From Phycisphaerales bacterium (GTDB taxonomy: Bacteria; Planctomycetota; Phycisphaerae; Phycisphaerales; UBA5793), in NCBI GenBank assembly GCA_044229655.1, contig JBGASM010000002.1, forward strand, positions 160,844-224,843: a DNA stretch of 64,000 nucleotides, given 5' to 3'. Both the position numbers and the translations under genes were made by a program. The first letter of the stretch is position 1; each line of letters opens with the position of its first letter. The notes under the pieces were generated by a model that searched no databases, had not been told where the DNA came from, and saw nothing but the letters and a program-made list of their open reading frames with translations. This document shows, piece after piece, positions 63,167 to 64,000 of the stretch.

Positions 63167-64000
63167 ATGGCGAAGGAATCGCAGATGTCGCGCAATGTTC
63201 TGGTGACGGGTGGGGCGGGGTTCATCGGCTCGAGCGTGGCAGATGCGCTGGTGGCGCGCGGGGATCGAGTCACGATCTTCGACAACTTCGCGGCGTTCTA
63301 TTCGCGGGCCGACAAAGAAAGAAATGTCGCGCCGGCCCTGGCGCGCGGCGCCCGGCTGATCGAGGGCGATGTGACTGATGCGGCCCAGGTCCGCGCCGCT
63401 ATTCACGCCGCGAGCCCCGATGCGATCATTCATCTGGCGGCCTGTGCAGGCGTCCGGCCCAGCATTGCCAATCCATCCCACTACGCGCACGTCAATGTCA
63501 CCGGCACGGGTGTCGTGCTGGACGAGGCTGTGCGGGGCGGTTTCGGCGAAGACCACGGCCGAATCGTGGTCGCGTCCTCGTCGAGCGTGTACGGGAACAA
63601 TCCGAAGACCCCGTTTGCAGAGGATGACGACGTCAGCAACCCGATCAGCCCCTACGCGGCCACTAAGGTTGCCACTGAAATGCTCTGCAAGACCGCAGCC
63701 CACCTGCATGGCTGCACCATCACCGCGCTGCGGTTCTTCACGGTGTTCGGCCCGCGCCAGCGCCCCGACCTTGCTATTTCCTCATTCATGCGGCGGATTT
63801 CGGCCGGCGACGAAATCACGCTTTTCGGCGATGGATCCACGAGTCGAGACTACACCGCGATCGGCGACATCGTGGATGGCGTTCTGCGTGCTCTGGACCA
63901 GCGCGGGCCGGGGTTGGGGGGGCGGCGACAGGGATACCGCTGCTACAACCTGGGCGGCGATCACCCCATCACACTGGCGGACCTTGTCAAGGAGATCGAA
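63167..64000 (+). CDS. NAD-dependent epimerase/dehydratase (UDP-glucuronate 4-epimerase-like SDR), truncated at the window end
   Basis: Not in the ORF track because it is open-ended. My translation reads [41 protein letters not shown]...HLAACAGVRPS...SSSSVYG...SPYAATKVATE...LRFFTVFGPRQRPDLAI. It has the GxxGxxG Rossmann motif, the YxxxK motif, and the RFFTV[YF]GP..RPD motif typical of GalE-like or UDP-GlcA epimerases. Confidence 0.85.
   Translation, partial: MAKESQMSRNVLVTGGAGFIGSSVADALVARGDRVTIFDNFAAFYSRADKERNVAPALARGARLIEGDVTDAAQVRAAIHAASPDAIIHLAACAGVRPSIANPSHYAHVNVTGTGVVLDEAVRGGFGEDHGRIVVASSSSVYGNNPKTPFAEDDDVSNPISPYAATKVATEMLCKTAAHLHGCTITALRFFTVFGPRQRPDLAISSFMRRISAGDEITLFGDGSTSRDYTAIGDIVDGVLRALDQRGPGLGGRRQGYRCYNLGGDHPITLADLVKEIE

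Noticed and set aside
1-64000. Search for CRISPR arrays, rRNA or tRNA genes, IS elements, integrases, prophage genes, reverse transcriptases (retron/DGR), toxin-antitoxin pairs and restriction-modification genes
   Set aside because: Reading all ORF translations and intergenic spacers, I saw no regularly spaced direct repeats, no transposase, integrase or RT motifs, and no recognisable small TA pairs. My by-eye repeat detection is limited, and a computational repeat scan could still find short dispersed repeats.

Overview
High-GC, gene-dense chromosomal segment. I call 58 CDS, two of them truncated at the window edges. I found no rRNA, tRNA, CRISPR array, transposase, integrase or phage genes. 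Two prepilin-type N-terminal methylation-motif proteins with the H-X9-DG motif (DUF1559-like), a HAF-repeat protein, an FG-GAP repeat protein, a sulfatase and a futalosine-pathway radical SAM enzyme together point to Planctomycetota, possibly Phycisphaerae-like; this is inference only. Most genes are housekeeping: pyrE, truB, nadB, pyk, aspS, mnmE, metF, lnt, psd, manA, ferredoxin, a CBS plus cystathionine gamma-lyase pair, an ALDH7-like dehydrogenase and an acyl-CoA ligase. Sugar-nucleotide genes are also present: phosphomannomutase, heptose-phosphate genes, UDP-xylose synthase, a DegT aminotransferase and an SDR epimerase. I cannot demonstrate a clear-cut novel system from sequence alone. 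The leads most worth a second look are: (1) a tandem pair of HldE-kinase-like genes, where the first has lost the GAGD catalytic motif and is fused to an intact GmhA isomerase; (2) a HIRAN-domain gene that overlaps a lower-GC 4-TM gene by 13 nt; (3) a sigma70-like promoter followed by a roughly 170-nt hairpin-rich leader upstream of a TM/coiled-coil gene pair; (4) a divergent FG-GAP / PDZ-less S1C protease / large secreted protein / thioredoxin-like cluster; (5) a Tyr/Gly/Trp-rich secreted protein next to a pseudopilin-like gene. Many very long antisense ORFs in the track are high-GC shadow ORFs and were rejected. Start codons are often ambiguous, because the track uses alternative starts; where I moved a start I say so.
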